DNA of 64,000 bases from Campylobacteraceae bacterium (GCA_016744535.1 JADGEE010000006.1:78-64077), one strand, 5' to 3'; positions 18,516-28,412 are shown, numbered from the stretch's first letter. The notes: generated from the letters alone by a model not told the origin. Numbers and translations: made by a program.

Positions 18516-20474
18516 TTAAATATCTAATCCTCTATTTTCTATAACATTCCCATAAATTTTAGCAGTAGCGATATTTGAATCTGTTATCTCAATATTAATA
18601 TGGTCAAATAGTTCAACCTCATCCTTATCGTGTATTAAAAATACTCTAGCCCCACTTGTCAATTCACCCTCAATTTTAGCAATAGGAGTTCTGTCTATTT
18701 CTGTTACAACAGCTTTTACAATTTTACCTATATTCTCTTTTGCCCATCTAGCAAAAACTCTGTCTAAAAAATCCCATTCAACTTTTGCAGCTTCACGCTC
18801 TAAATCACTAACTTTAAGTGTAACACTCTCCATATTTCTAAGTAAAAACTCCTCTAATCTATTATCGCGTCTGATTATTGCTTTTAAGAGTCTATGTAGT
18901 GTTAAATCTGAATATCTTCTAATTGGTGAAGTAAAGTGAGTGTAGTGTTTAAATCCCAATCCAAAGTGACCAATATTATTATATGTATAAGAGGCTCTCT
19001 TTTGGGCTTGAATTATCAATTTATCAACATATTTAGATAGATTTTTTTCTCTAGCATCAGCTTGAATTAACTCTACTAATCTATGAAGTGAACTAACCTC
19101 CTCATTTACAAAAATTCCTATCATACTTAATTTATCAATTAAATCCTCTATTTTTTCATTATCAGGCTCTTCGTGAGTTCTAAAAATTCCTAAATCAAAC
19201 TTTTTAGCAGCAGCTCTGTTTGCAAGTAACATACAATCTTCAATCAAACCGTGTGAAGGTGTTTCCTCTTCTATTTTTGCGTCAGTTAATTTAAATTTCT
19301 TATCTAAAATCATTCTAACTTCATCTGAAGCAAAATCATAACCTTTCTTTAATCTTCGCTTTTTAAGTTGTACTGTAATTTCATAAAGAGGTATTAAAAA
19401 TTTTAAAATCTCCTTTTCGATATCTTCTAAATTATCAAATTTACCTGCTAAAAACTCATCAACCCTACCATAAGTAAATCTTTTTTTAGAGTTAATAATT
19501 CCATCAAAAAGTTCCTCTTTAGTTACATTTAAATTTTCATCTAAAGTAATTTTAAATATAAAAGCTAATCTATCCTCATTAGGTTTAAGTGAGCAGATGT
19601 TTTCACTCAATTTTCGTGGAAGCATTGGAATTGATTTATGAGGAAAATATATACTAAAGCATCTCTGATAAGCCTCTTTATCTATATTTGAGTTTATAGT
19701 TACATACTCACTCACATCTGCAATTGCAACATATAATTCTCTCTTTTCTATATCAAAATAAATCGCATCATCATAATCTTTTGCGTCATTTGGGTCAATT
19801 GTACAAAATGGCAAATGTATTAAATTAACTCTATCAGGATACATCGATTTATCTACAAAATTACCATAACTAGTCGCTTCAGCTTCAGCCTCTTTAGTAA
19901 AAAACTCTGTTTTATTAAATAGTGCTAAAGATATTTTTTCATCTACGCTAGGGTCATCTAAAACCCCTAAAACTTCACTTATCGCTCCATTAGTATTATC
20001 AATTTTTAAAATAGTATTTAATGGAAGTGCTTTGAGTGATTTTTGAGTAGCTGTTAATTCAATTGCTATTTCACTTTTGACATTAATTCCTACAATTCGC
20101 TCATTTACTTTAGATAAATATACAACTGAATAACTAAACTCTTTTTCTAAAATATAGACAACTTTAGCACTAGGTCGCCCTTTTTTAGAGAATATTCTCT
20201 TAGCGATTACTAAATCTCTCCGATTTGCCCCTTTTAAATTCTTAGGTTCAATCACTAAATCTTTTTGCTTTTTAACTCCAAGAGTCTCTAAAAATCCAGT
20301 ACCATTTTTAGAAATATCTATTTTTCCTACTCTACATTTAGCGTCAAGTTTCAATACATTTTTTTTATTTTTTAAAATTTTGAGTCTTACTAATTCATCA
20401 ATTAACTCTCTATCTTTTCTAGCTATATCTTTAATAGCCACTCCGTGAATTAATTTTATCATCAACTCTTTCAA
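18516..20474 (-). CDS. rnr: ribonuclease R (RNB family 3'-5' exoribonuclease)
   Basis: 652 aa. RNB catalytic region (DPNDAKDYDDAIY, HFGL, YTHFTSPIRRYSDL) and a C-terminal S1-like region. Confidence 0.9.
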   Translation of the reverse strand: MKELMIKLIHGVAIKDIARKDRELIDELVRLKILKNKKNVLKLDAKCRVGKIDISKNGTGFLETLGVKKQKDLVIEPKNLKGANRRDLVIAKRIFSKKGRPSAKVVYILEKEFSYSVVYLSKVNERIVGINVKSEIAIELTATQKSLKALPLNTILKIDNTNGAISEVLGVLDDPSVDEKISLALFNKTEFFTKEAEAEATSYGNFVDKSMYPDRVNLIHLPFCTIDPNDAKDYDDAIYFDIEKRELYVAIADVSEYVTINSNIDKEAYQRCFSIYFPHKSIPMLPRKLSENICSLKPNEDRLAFIFKITLDENLNVTKEELFDGIINSKKRFTYGRVDEFLAGKFDNLEDIEKEILKFLIPLYEITVQLKKRRLKKGYDFASDEVRMILDKKFKLTDAKIEEETPSHGLIEDCMLLANRAAAKKFDLGIFRTHEEPDNEKIEDLIDKLSMIGIFVNEEVSSLHRLVELIQADAREKNLSKYVDKLIIQAQKRASYTYNNIGHFGLGFKHYTHFTSPIRRYSDLTLHRLLKAIIRRDNRLEEFLLRNMESVTLKVSDLEREAAKVEWDFLDRVFARWAKENIGKIVKAVVTEIDRTPIAKIEGELTSGARVFLIHDKDEVELFDHINIEITDSNIATAKIYGNVIENRGLDI

Positions 20475-20553
20475 ATATTTTACCTTTAATTATTTTGCTT
20501 ATTTTAGCATAAAATGGAGTGTTGATTAATTTACATTTTTTGTAAAGTCGAAT

Positions 20554-20873
20554 TTAGTTTTCATAAAGTTTTACTCCCTCATTCTCTACTTTATAAATTA
20601 AAGATGAAACTTCATTCACTTTATTATCAAATTCACTAACTGTATATACTATTAAATCTTTTGTGCTACTCCTAAACCTCTTAGTGCTTTATATCCTATT
20701 CTAGGTCTTTTATAAAATTTCTCATTTGATTCTTCTACCACAATTATTAAATCTAAATCACTATCTTCATTAGGTTCACCCCAAGCATAAGAGCCAAATA
20801 GATAAATTTTTTTAGGTAAATAAGCCTCTATTAATTTATCTTTTATTAAATTTATAGTTTGTTGATTAATCAT
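20554..20873 (-). pseudogene. MNT-type nucleotidyltransferase (antitoxin-like), interrupted by a 1-nt frameshift
   Basis: The 73-aa ORF has GSYAWGEPNEDSDLDL. The expected C-terminus DLIVYTVSEFDNKVNEVSSLIYKVENEGVKLYEN continues in another frame to a stop at 20554-20556. The frames rejoin if the A4 run (T4 on the + strand, 20659-20662) were A5. Confidence 0.7.
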
Positions 20874-20893
20874 TTTTTACTCCAAAAAATAGC

Positions 20894-21226
20894 TTAAAAA
20901 ATTGATTTTAAGATTAATTTATCTATCTCTTTTTCATCAATATTCTCTAAATCGCTTTTATCATAAATATAAATCAGATGTAATTCATCATCTAAAATTT
21001 TCAAATAACTAATTAATCTATAACCTGAACTTTTACCTTTTTGCTTATCACTATTTGCAATTCTAACTTTAAATAAATTAGCTTTTAATTCAATCCCTAA
21101 ATCTTTTTTAGATGTAATAGAATCAAAAAAGTTATCTAAATCTCTATCAATACTTTTATATCTCTTTAGCAATTTTCTAAAAGCTTTTTTAAAACTCTCT
21201 TGTTTTATTATCTCTAATTTATTCAT
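20894..21226 (-). CDS. RelE/ParE-superfamily-like toxin (GKSxGYR type)
   Basis: 110 aa. KGKSSGYRLISY...LIYIYDKSDLENIDEKEI resembles the GKSGGYR...K.E..NI pattern of RelE-like (DUF1044-type) toxins. Confidence 0.55.
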   Translation of the reverse strand: MNKLEIIKQESFKKAFRKLLKRYKSIDRDLDNFFDSITSKKDLGIELKANLFKVRIANSDKQKGKSSGYRLISYLKILDDELHLIYIYDKSDLENIDEKEIDKLILKSIF

Positions 21227-21446
21227 TTTCTAATGTTATATACTTTCCTGTATGTTCGCCTTTTTGAGTGTTTATATCTTCCCAAACTCCTTTTAAATCA
21301 TCCTCAATCTCTTTTAATTTTAACTCTTTTCTTTTCATTTCAATAAAGCCTCTAATAGCCTCTTTTACAACTTTTGTATTATCATCTAATTTTATAAAGT
21401 TTTTTAACTCTAAAAGTAAAGTATCTTCTATACTTAGTGTTGTCAT
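21219..21446 (-). CDS. putative antitoxin partner
   Basis: 75-aa ORF overlapping the toxin start by 8 nt on the same strand. No motif recognised; the call is by position only. Confidence 0.4.
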   Translation of the reverse strand: MTTLSIEDTLLLELKNFIKLDDNTKVVKEAIRGFIEMKRKELKLKEIEDDLKGVWEDINTQKGEHTGKYITLENE

Positions 21447-21528
21447 ACCTATCCTTTGTATAATATTTTTAATAGAGATAATATTAGAAATTTTTGGGAA
21501 GAGATAAGAGAAAAAAAGAGATAAATTT

Positions 21529-21547
21529 AATTATCTACTGCAATATT
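21529..21547. repeat. 19-nt exact direct repeat copy A (aattatctactgcaatatt)
   Basis: Identical to 22209-22227. Extends to 27 nt with 2 mismatches (21524-21550 vs 22204-22230). Confidence 0.85.
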
Positions 21548-22161
21548 CAACCCTCAAGCACTTTCCAACTCGATTTAACTAAAAGCTTATCTTCACAATA
21601 AATTTTACCGATAAACTCATCACCTATATCATAATTTCCCACACCTTTTGGCGTTCCACTCATTATAATATCTCCATCATTTAAACTCATAAAACTCTCT
21701 ATCTCTTCTATCATCTCTTTGGGTTTATATATCATTAAGTCATAAGTTGCAAATTGTATCAATTTATTATTTATAAAAAGTTCTAATTTTAACTCGCTAA
21801 TATCCCCTTTAAACTCTACAAATTCACTAAATATTGCGGAGTTATCAAAAGCTTTTGCTCTCTCCCAAGGTAAACCCTTTTTTTTCATTTTGTTTTGAAT
21901 ATCTGCTTTAGTTAAATCAAGCCCAAAACCTATACCATTGATTTTACTATCTTTGATAAGAAAACAAATTTCACCCTCAAACCTAGTATCAGGAGTTATA
22001 TAATAGAGTTTATCGCTAATTGCCGAATTTGGTTTATTAAAAACAATCATACTATCAGGCATTTCATTATTTAACTCTCTAATATGCTCTACATAATTTC
22101 TACCTATACAGACGATTTTAGATGGAGTTATTTTTTGATTATTAAATATAATATATTTCAT
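21547..22161 (-). CDS. fumarylacetoacetate hydrolase (FAH) family protein
   Basis: 204 aa. GRNYVEHIRE, FEGE, and SGTPKGVG motifs typical of FAH/HpcE-like enzymes. Confidence 0.8.
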   Translation of the reverse strand: MKYIIFNNQKITPSKIVCIGRNYVEHIRELNNEMPDSMIVFNKPNSAISDKLYYITPDTRFEGEICFLIKDSKINGIGFGLDLTKADIQNKMKKKGLPWERAKAFDNSAIFSEFVEFKGDISELKLELFINNKLIQFATYDLMIYKPKEMIEEIESFMSLNDGDIIMSGTPKGVGNYDIGDEFIGKIYCEDKLLVKSSWKVLEG

Positions 22162-22164
22162 ATT

Positions 22165-22752
22165 CTATTTATAACTTTGGTTTAACCATTTAATCAAATC
22201 TTGAATTAAATTATCTACTGCAATATTTAACGATTCCACCGCTCCTATTGCATCATTACTATTTGATTTTATCTTATATTCAAAATCTTTTGAATCAATT
22301 AAATTTTTTGTTCTCATCTCAATTAAATAAAATCTTACTTTTAAAATTCCATAAGATATTTTATCTTCAAAAACTTGTTTAAATTCTATAATATTACTCT
22401 CTAACTCTAAATTTGCTCTAATTCTTGAGTAGTCTGAAATTGCACTTTTAAAGAGATTTGAATCATTAATCGACTCTATAAAAAGCTTTTGTAATAACAT
22501 ATTTGGTGTATCTATCCACTTATTAAATGTATAACTATTTAAAGTATTATTTGCATCACTATATAAAATAGTATCACTCATAATAACTTTACTACTTAAT
22601 GGAAGTGAAACTTTTAATATATCTTCTCTTTTACTCTCTTTAGGTTTAATTTCATTATAAGAGATAGTGTAAGTTTGGATTGGTGTTGATAGCTTTTTAA
22701 CTTCACAACCTGTAAAGATAATTATAGTTAAAATTAATAATAATTCTCTCAT
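22165..22752 (-). CDS. ABC-transport auxiliary lipoprotein (PqiC/DUF330-like)
   Basis: 195 aa. Lipobox IFTGC. Sits directly downstream of an MCE/MlaD gene. Confidence 0.65.
   Translation of the reverse strand: MRELLLILTIIIFTGCEVKKLSTPIQTYTISYNEIKPKESKREDILKVSLPLSSKVIMSDTILYSDANNTLNSYTFNKWIDTPNMLLQKLFIESINDSNLFKSAISDYSRIRANLELESNIIEFKQVFEDKISYGILKVRFYLIEMRTKNLIDSKDFEYKIKSNSNDAIGAVESLNIAVDNLIQDLIKWLNQSYK
22209..22227. repeat. 19-nt exact direct repeat copy B
   Basis: Identical to 21529-21547. Lies inside the 3' end of the lipoprotein gene (encodes LNIAVDN). Confidence 0.85.
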
Positions 22753-22776
22753 CTTTAGCTCCTTTTATAAATTTCT

Positions 22777-23718
22777 TTACTCCCCTGGACCATACTTTGT
22801 AGAGGTACTTTTAAATATTAAATTACTAGGATTTAACTTTATATCATCTATTAAATCCTCTGCACTATAAGTTAAAAGTTTAAACTCATTAAGCAGTTCA
22901 TTTAATTTATCAAAACTCTCTTTTGACATCTCTTTAACATTATAATCACCTCTATCAAGACTATTTATAAATTTACTCATAAGTTTTTTCCATTGTAATT
23001 TAAAATCTTTTGAAGTGGTATCAATACTAGCTAAAGTTTTAGTAGATTTATGTAAGACTCCATCAATATCAATATCTTGATTTTTTAATTTTGTTGTAAC
23101 TTCTTCTAAATTAGCAATTATATTTCCTATTTTATCTATACTATTTTTATTTAAGAGTAAATTTATATTAGAGATTATATTTTCAATACTGTTTATATTT
23201 TTTTCTGTAAGTAATAAATCAACTTTTGCTAAAATAGTTTCCATTTTATCAGTTATATTTTCAGCAGAATTTTCTAATTTTGAAAATATAGATTTTTGAG
23301 ATTTTATAATAGCCATATCCATCGGAGTTGTTTGGAGTTTAGGTGATTTTCTACTTCCACCGTTTAATTCAATATAACTAAGTCCTGTTAAACCTTGTGA
23401 TTTTATAACAGCGTAATTATCCTCTTTTATTGGTGTATCTCTTTTAGTTTTTATAATAACTTCTATCTCTTCAGAATTTTTAGGATTAATTTCAATTTTA
23501 TCTACAGTTCCAATATAAACACCTCTAAATTTTACTGATGATTCTTTATGTAATCCTGATACTGAATCTCTAACATAAATTTTATAATAATCAAATACTT
23601 CATCTTTATATCCATATTTTCCAAGCCAAAATATAAAACTTAGCAATGCAAAGCTAAATATAGATATAAAAATTCCAACTAATGTATAATTTGCTCTACT
23701 TTCCATATTCTCTTCCAA
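22777..23718 (-). CDS. MlaD/MCE family substrate-binding protein
   Basis: 313 aa. N-terminal TM, MCE domain (VSGLHKESSVKFRGVYIGTV), C-terminal coiled coil. Confidence 0.8.
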   Translation of the reverse strand: MEENMESRANYTLVGIFISIFSFALLSFIFWLGKYGYKDEVFDYYKIYVRDSVSGLHKESSVKFRGVYIGTVDKIEINPKNSEEIEVIIKTKRDTPIKEDNYAVIKSQGLTGLSYIELNGGSRKSPKLQTTPMDMAIIKSQKSIFSKLENSAENITDKMETILAKVDLLLTEKNINSIENIISNINLLLNKNSIDKIGNIIANLEEVTTKLKNQDIDIDGVLHKSTKTLASIDTTSKDFKLQWKKLMSKFINSLDRGDYNVKEMSKESFDKLNELLNEFKLLTYSAEDLIDDIKLNPSNLIFKSTSTKYGPGE

Positions 23719-24445
23719 ATTTAAAAAATTCTCTTAATGCGTAATGGTCAAACTTTTTTACCTCTTCAATATTACCCTCAAATAGTACTTTTTTATTAAA
23801 TAAAACAGAAAATCTATCAAGTACATTATTTATTGTTTGAAGTTCGTGTGTAACCATAATTACGGTTAAATTCAACATTCCTCTAAGCTCTAAAATCAAT
23901 CTATCAAATGCCTCTGCACTAACTGGGTCAAGTCCACTTGTTGGCTCATCTAAAAATAGTAGTTTTGGGTCAAGTGCTAAAGCCCTAGCTAAACCTACTC
24001 TCTTTTTCATTCCACCACTTAATTCTGCTGGATAAAGCTCTGCTACATTTTGTGAAAGCCCAACCATCTCTATTTTAGCATAAGCAATTTCATCAATTAT
24101 TTTTTGTGGTAAATTTGTATACTCTTTTAGTGTAATTCCAACATTTTCTAGCACATTTAAAGATGAAAACAAAGCTCCAAATTGAAAAAGAACTCCTGAA
24201 TTCAATCTCATTTTTTGAGCCTTTTTAGGTGAAATTTTTTTTAAACTCTGATTTAAAATAATAATATCTCCACTTTTATATTTTTGAAGCATTATCATCT
24301 CTCTTAAAAGCGTTGATTTACCTGAACCACTTCCACCAAGTAATCCATATATTTCACCCTCATTTATGCTTAAATTTACTCCATTATGAATTATATTATC
24401 TCCAAATTTTGTGATAATATCTGTAACTTTTATAATTTCTATCAT
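23696..24445 (-). CDS. ABC transporter ATP-binding protein (MlaF-like)
   Basis: 249 aa. Walker A GGSGSGKST, signature LSGGMKKR, Walker B LLFLDEPTSGLD. Confidence 0.9.
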   Translation of the reverse strand: MIEIIKVTDIITKFGDNIIHNGVNLSINEGEIYGLLGGSGSGKSTLLREMIMLQKYKSGDIIILNQSLKKISPKKAQKMRLNSGVLFQFGALFSSLNVLENVGITLKEYTNLPQKIIDEIAYAKIEMVGLSQNVAELYPAELSGGMKKRVGLARALALDPKLLFLDEPTSGLDPVSAEAFDRLILELRGMLNLTVIMVTHELQTINNVLDRFSVLFNKKVLFEGNIEEVKKFDHYALREFFKFGREYGK

Positions 24446-25563
24446 ATTCCAATCTCTGTTAGAATTACTGAAAATATTGCATCACAAGCAATAACCCAAA
24501 AAATAGCATTTACCACACTAATAGTTGTGTATTTTCCTATACTATCGGTACTTTTTGTAACTTGGAAACCTCTAAATGAACCTATTAAAGCTATAATTAT
24601 CCCAAAAAATGGAGCTTTTATTAAACCTATTAGTAAATGTTTTATAGGTACTTCGCTTTGCATTCTATTTATAAATTCATGATAAGTAATATCAAGTGCA
24701 AAATTTGCAACTACCATTCCACCGATAAGCCCTATTACATCAGCAAAAAATACAAGCAGAGGCATAGCAATAAAGAGTGCAAAGAGTCGTGGTAAAACTA
24801 AAAATAGATGAGGATTAAATCCCATTGTTCGCATAGCATCAATCTCTTCTGTTATCTTCATTGTACCAATTTCAGCAGTATAAGAACTAGCACTTCGTCC
24901 TGCAATTACGATAGCAGTAATTAAAGGGGCTAATTCTCTAAAAACTGAAATACTAACCATCTCTACAATAAAAATATTTGCACCAAATTTTGCAAGTTGA
25001 GTTGAGGCTTGGTAGGCAATTACAACTCCAATTAAAAAAGCTGTTAAAGCGATAATAGGAAGTGCTTTAACTCCTGAAGTATCAATATGTTTAATTGTAG
25101 CTTTAAATCTAAATTGTAAAGGGTGTAGAAGTGTATAGAGCATAAAATGAGCATTTTCACCAACAAATGATATAAATTCAAAAAAACTTTTAAAATAATT
25201 TATTGTAGATTTGCCTATTTTATAAAATATACTATCTCTATTTTTTTCTATTTCAAGTCGAGGAGAAAAGTTTTTTCTATAAAATATTAAAAGTCTTTTA
25301 TGCTCATCTTTTAAATTGATAATAGTAATTGAACAACCCTGTTTTCTAAAGTTATAAATTGCCCTAATTACCAACATAATTCCAGCAGAATCAAATTCAA
25401 TTACATTTTTAAAATCCCAAAGAATATCTATTTTTTTTATATTTTGTGAAGTTTGTAAAATCTTATCTATTATTTTTGTTAAATTAGAGTGTTTCCAATA
25501 GCCGATACTTTTTATTATAAATTTATTTTTTTCTTGTTTAAACTTTATCTCTGCTTCTTGCAT
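24442..25563 (-). CDS. MlaE-family ABC permease with N-terminal STAS-like domain
   Basis: 373 aa. The first ~110 aa look like an anti-sigma-antagonist/STAS fold (DFKNVIEFDSAGIMLV). The remainder is an MlaE-type permease (AGRSASSYTAEIGTMKITEEIDA). Confidence 0.8.
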   Translation of the reverse strand: MQEAEIKFKQEKNKFIIKSIGYWKHSNLTKIIDKILQTSQNIKKIDILWDFKNVIEFDSAGIMLVIRAIYNFRKQGCSITIINLKDEHKRLLIFYRKNFSPRLEIEKNRDSIFYKIGKSTINYFKSFFEFISFVGENAHFMLYTLLHPLQFRFKATIKHIDTSGVKALPIIALTAFLIGVVIAYQASTQLAKFGANIFIVEMVSISVFRELAPLITAIVIAGRSASSYTAEIGTMKITEEIDAMRTMGFNPHLFLVLPRLFALFIAMPLLVFFADVIGLIGGMVVANFALDITYHEFINRMQSEVPIKHLLIGLIKAPFFGIIIALIGSFRGFQVTKSTDSIGKYTTISVVNAIFWVIACDAIFSVILTEIGI

Positions 25564-25662
25564 TATATTAATAACTTTTTTTGACTTAATTATATCGAAA
25601 TAAAATAAAGATATTATTCTAAAATTTGATATAATAAAATTAAATAGTATTAAGGTATTTTT

Positions 25663-26169
25663 ATGAATGGTAGAATAGATAAAGAGAAATTAAATAGATT
25701 AATGAAATTAAACTCTACATTAGCAAGTGATATTAGTTTTGTGAAAAAAATAAATATAGTCTCTGAAACAATAAAAGATATTATTAAAGCTGATAGATGT
25801 ACGATTTTTGTATATGACTCTGATACAAGTTCATTTTGGAGTGCTTATATTGACGGGGTTGATTATATTGAAGTCCCTGATGATAAAGGAATAGTTAGTA
25901 AAGTATTTAAAGATAAAAAAACTCTAATAGTAAATGACACAAACAGTGACCCAAATTTTTATAGCAATATAGATGAATCAACAGGTTATCATACAGAAAC
26001 AATTTTAGCAATGCCCATAATGGGTTATGATAATAGGTGTTTAGGGGTAATTCAGCTTTTAAATAAACTTGATGGTGAAGGTGGTTTTAATGAAAATGAT
26101 AGCAAAATTTTAAAGTTTGCTATCAATCATATTGCTACTTTTGTAGAGTTATTATTTAGAGAGAATTAA
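25663..26169 (+). CDS. GAF domain protein
   Basis: 168 aa. ADRCTIFVYD...ILAMPI...GVIQLLNK pattern typical of GAF. Confidence 0.75.
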   Translation: MNGRIDKEKLNRLMKLNSTLASDISFVKKINIVSETIKDIIKADRCTIFVYDSDTSSFWSAYIDGVDYIEVPDDKGIVSKVFKDKKTLIVNDTNSDPNFYSNIDESTGYHTETILAMPIMGYDNRCLGVIQLLNKLDGEGGFNENDSKILKFAINHIATFVELLFREN

Positions 26170-28367
26170 AATCTTACAATAGTAGCACCGTGTCCACCTT
26201 GGTTTGCTGGTGCATCATAAAAATCTTTTACACTAGGGTGAATTTTTAAAAACTCACGAATTGCATAAGCTAATTTACCACTTCCAATTCCGTGATAAAT
26301 TAAAACTTCATCAAAACCAGAAATAAGCGAATCTGATAAAAATTTGTCCACTTTTTCAACTGCCTCTTCTGCTCTTAATCCGTGTAAATCTAAATTTACT
26401 GTCAATTTAGTAGGCTTATCAACTCTTATTTTTGGAGGTTTTATCTTAGGTTTTATATAATTTATATGTTTTAGTTCGCTCTTGGGAACTCTTAATTTTA
26501 TTCCATCAACTTCGATAGTTGCCTCTTTAGGTTTTAAAGAGATAATAATTCCTCTATTTTTGCGATATTTTACACTCTCTCCAATTTTAAACTCTTGCTT
26601 CTGTTCTTGTTTTTGCTTCTCTATTTTTATAGTTGATGCTAATTGATTTGCCTTATTTAGGTAGCGATGTGTATCTTTTGTGTCTCTTGCTTTAATAGCT
26701 TTTTTTGCTTCATCTATCGCTTGTTTATACTCTAATTCAAGTTTAGATTTTACCTCTTTTACTTCACCATAAAGCTCTTCTCTCTTCTGGGTTAATTCAA
26801 TTTTTAAGCTATCTACTGTTAAAGTATCTTTATCAACTTTATCAATTTTCTCTTTTAACTCCATCTCAAGTTCACTACTTCGCTCAATTAACTCATTTAA
26901 TCTCTCTTTATCTTCACCATAAACTTTTTTTGCAATAGATACTACATTAGATGGTATTCCATAACGACTAGCTGTCTCAAAAGCATAACTTTTACCGATT
27001 GTCCCTTGTAAAAACTCATAAGTTGGTTTTCTATTTTTCTCATCATATAAAGCAGCCACTAACTCTACCTCTTTATGTGCTGCTAATAGTGAAGCTAATC
27101 TCTTATGATGAGTTGTAATTACAATTTTAATCTCTCTTTTTAATAACTCCTCTATTATAACTTTAAATAAACTTGCAGCCTCGTCTGAATCAGTTCCTAA
27201 CTCAATCTCATCAACTCCAACTATAAGGCTCTTTTTACCAAATAGTTTAGAAAATTGCACCATTCTACCTGCAAATGTAGATATATCATTTTTAACACTT
27301 TGAGGGTCATCTATAATAGAAGTTATCTCTTTAAAAGTTCCAATAGATGATTTATCTGAATCAATTTTCATAGGAATTAAATATTTAGCTAAAAATATCG
27401 CTGATAAAATTGATTTTAATAACATCGTTTTTCCACCAGCATTAACTCCAGTAATCATTAATACTGATTTTTCAAAATTAATACTTGTAGGTTTTGGATG
27501 GTGTAAGGCTGGGTGAATAAAATTTTTCAGTATAACTTTTTTATCTTTTTTAGGCAAAATAAACTCTAAATTTTTATATTTAGCAAAATTTACCCTCGCT
27601 TGATAGTGGTCAAACTTATCAAACTCTCTATTTAAAAACTTTAAAAATTGAATACTTTTTAAAAAAGTTGAAGAGATATTCTTACAAATTTCATAAATAA
27701 TTTTATCTCTTTTTGCTAAAAATGCAGATTCTTCATTTTTTAAACTCATAACACTTTCAGGAGTTACATAAAAAAATCCTCCTGTACTTCTTGAAATTAC
27801 ACTAGCTTTTAAGACGTGATTAAATCCACCTCTAACTAAAATTGCTTCCTCTTCATTAATATAGTGGATTTGTCTATCGACTAAATAAGCACTTAACTTT
27901 TGAGAATTTACAACTCTTAAAAACTTTTCTCTAATTTTAGCTTTTGAGTTTTTAAGAGATTGCTCAACACTAGCTAACTGCTCATTTATATCACTTCTAA
28001 TTTCACCTTTTTGGTCAAAAAAATTAGTAATTTCATCAATTTGAGAAGGTATTATAATTTTTGCAAACCAATCTATTAAAATATCACCTTTAAAATCAAA
28101 TCTCTTTAAATATTTAAAATATCTAACTATTTTTATAAATTCAAAAATTTCATAAGGTTTTAAAACACCAAACTTTTTAATATGCATAAAATACGTATTT
28201 AAATTTTCAACACTTTTTGGAGCTGTTAATTCATATTTATTTAACTCTTTTATAAATCTTTGATGATAATTTAAATCACCATCCATATGTATCGGTTTTT
28301 CTCTTGCAAATAGCACAGTAAATGAATCTATAAACTCTGTTAAATCTAGTCTTTTTATCAATTCCAA
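26166..28367 (-). CDS. mutS2: endonuclease MutS2 (MutS ATPase + Smr domain)
   Basis: 733 aa. Walker A GVNAGGKT, DEIELGTD, C-terminal Smr (LDLHGLRAEEA...HGIGSGKL). Confidence 0.9.
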   Translation of the reverse strand: MELIKRLDLTEFIDSFTVLFAREKPIHMDGDLNYHQRFIKELNKYELTAPKSVENLNTYFMHIKKFGVLKPYEIFEFIKIVRYFKYLKRFDFKGDILIDWFAKIIIPSQIDEITNFFDQKGEIRSDINEQLASVEQSLKNSKAKIREKFLRVVNSQKLSAYLVDRQIHYINEEEAILVRGGFNHVLKASVISRSTGGFFYVTPESVMSLKNEESAFLAKRDKIIYEICKNISSTFLKSIQFLKFLNREFDKFDHYQARVNFAKYKNLEFILPKKDKKVILKNFIHPALHHPKPTSINFEKSVLMITGVNAGGKTMLLKSILSAIFLAKYLIPMKIDSDKSSIGTFKEITSIIDDPQSVKNDISTFAGRMVQFSKLFGKKSLIVGVDEIELGTDSDEAASLFKVIIEELLKREIKIVITTHHKRLASLLAAHKEVELVAALYDEKNRKPTYEFLQGTIGKSYAFETASRYGIPSNVVSIAKKVYGEDKERLNELIERSSELEMELKEKIDKVDKDTLTVDSLKIELTQKREELYGEVKEVKSKLELEYKQAIDEAKKAIKARDTKDTHRYLNKANQLASTIKIEKQKQEQKQEFKIGESVKYRKNRGIIISLKPKEATIEVDGIKLRVPKSELKHINYIKPKIKPPKIRVDKPTKLTVNLDLHGLRAEEAVEKVDKFLSDSLISGFDEVLIYHGIGSGKLAYAIREFLKIHPSVKDFYDAPANQGGHGATIVRF

Positions 28368-28412
28368 TAAAATCCCTTTTTAAAGATTAATTTTAGGAAT
28401 TATACTAAATAA

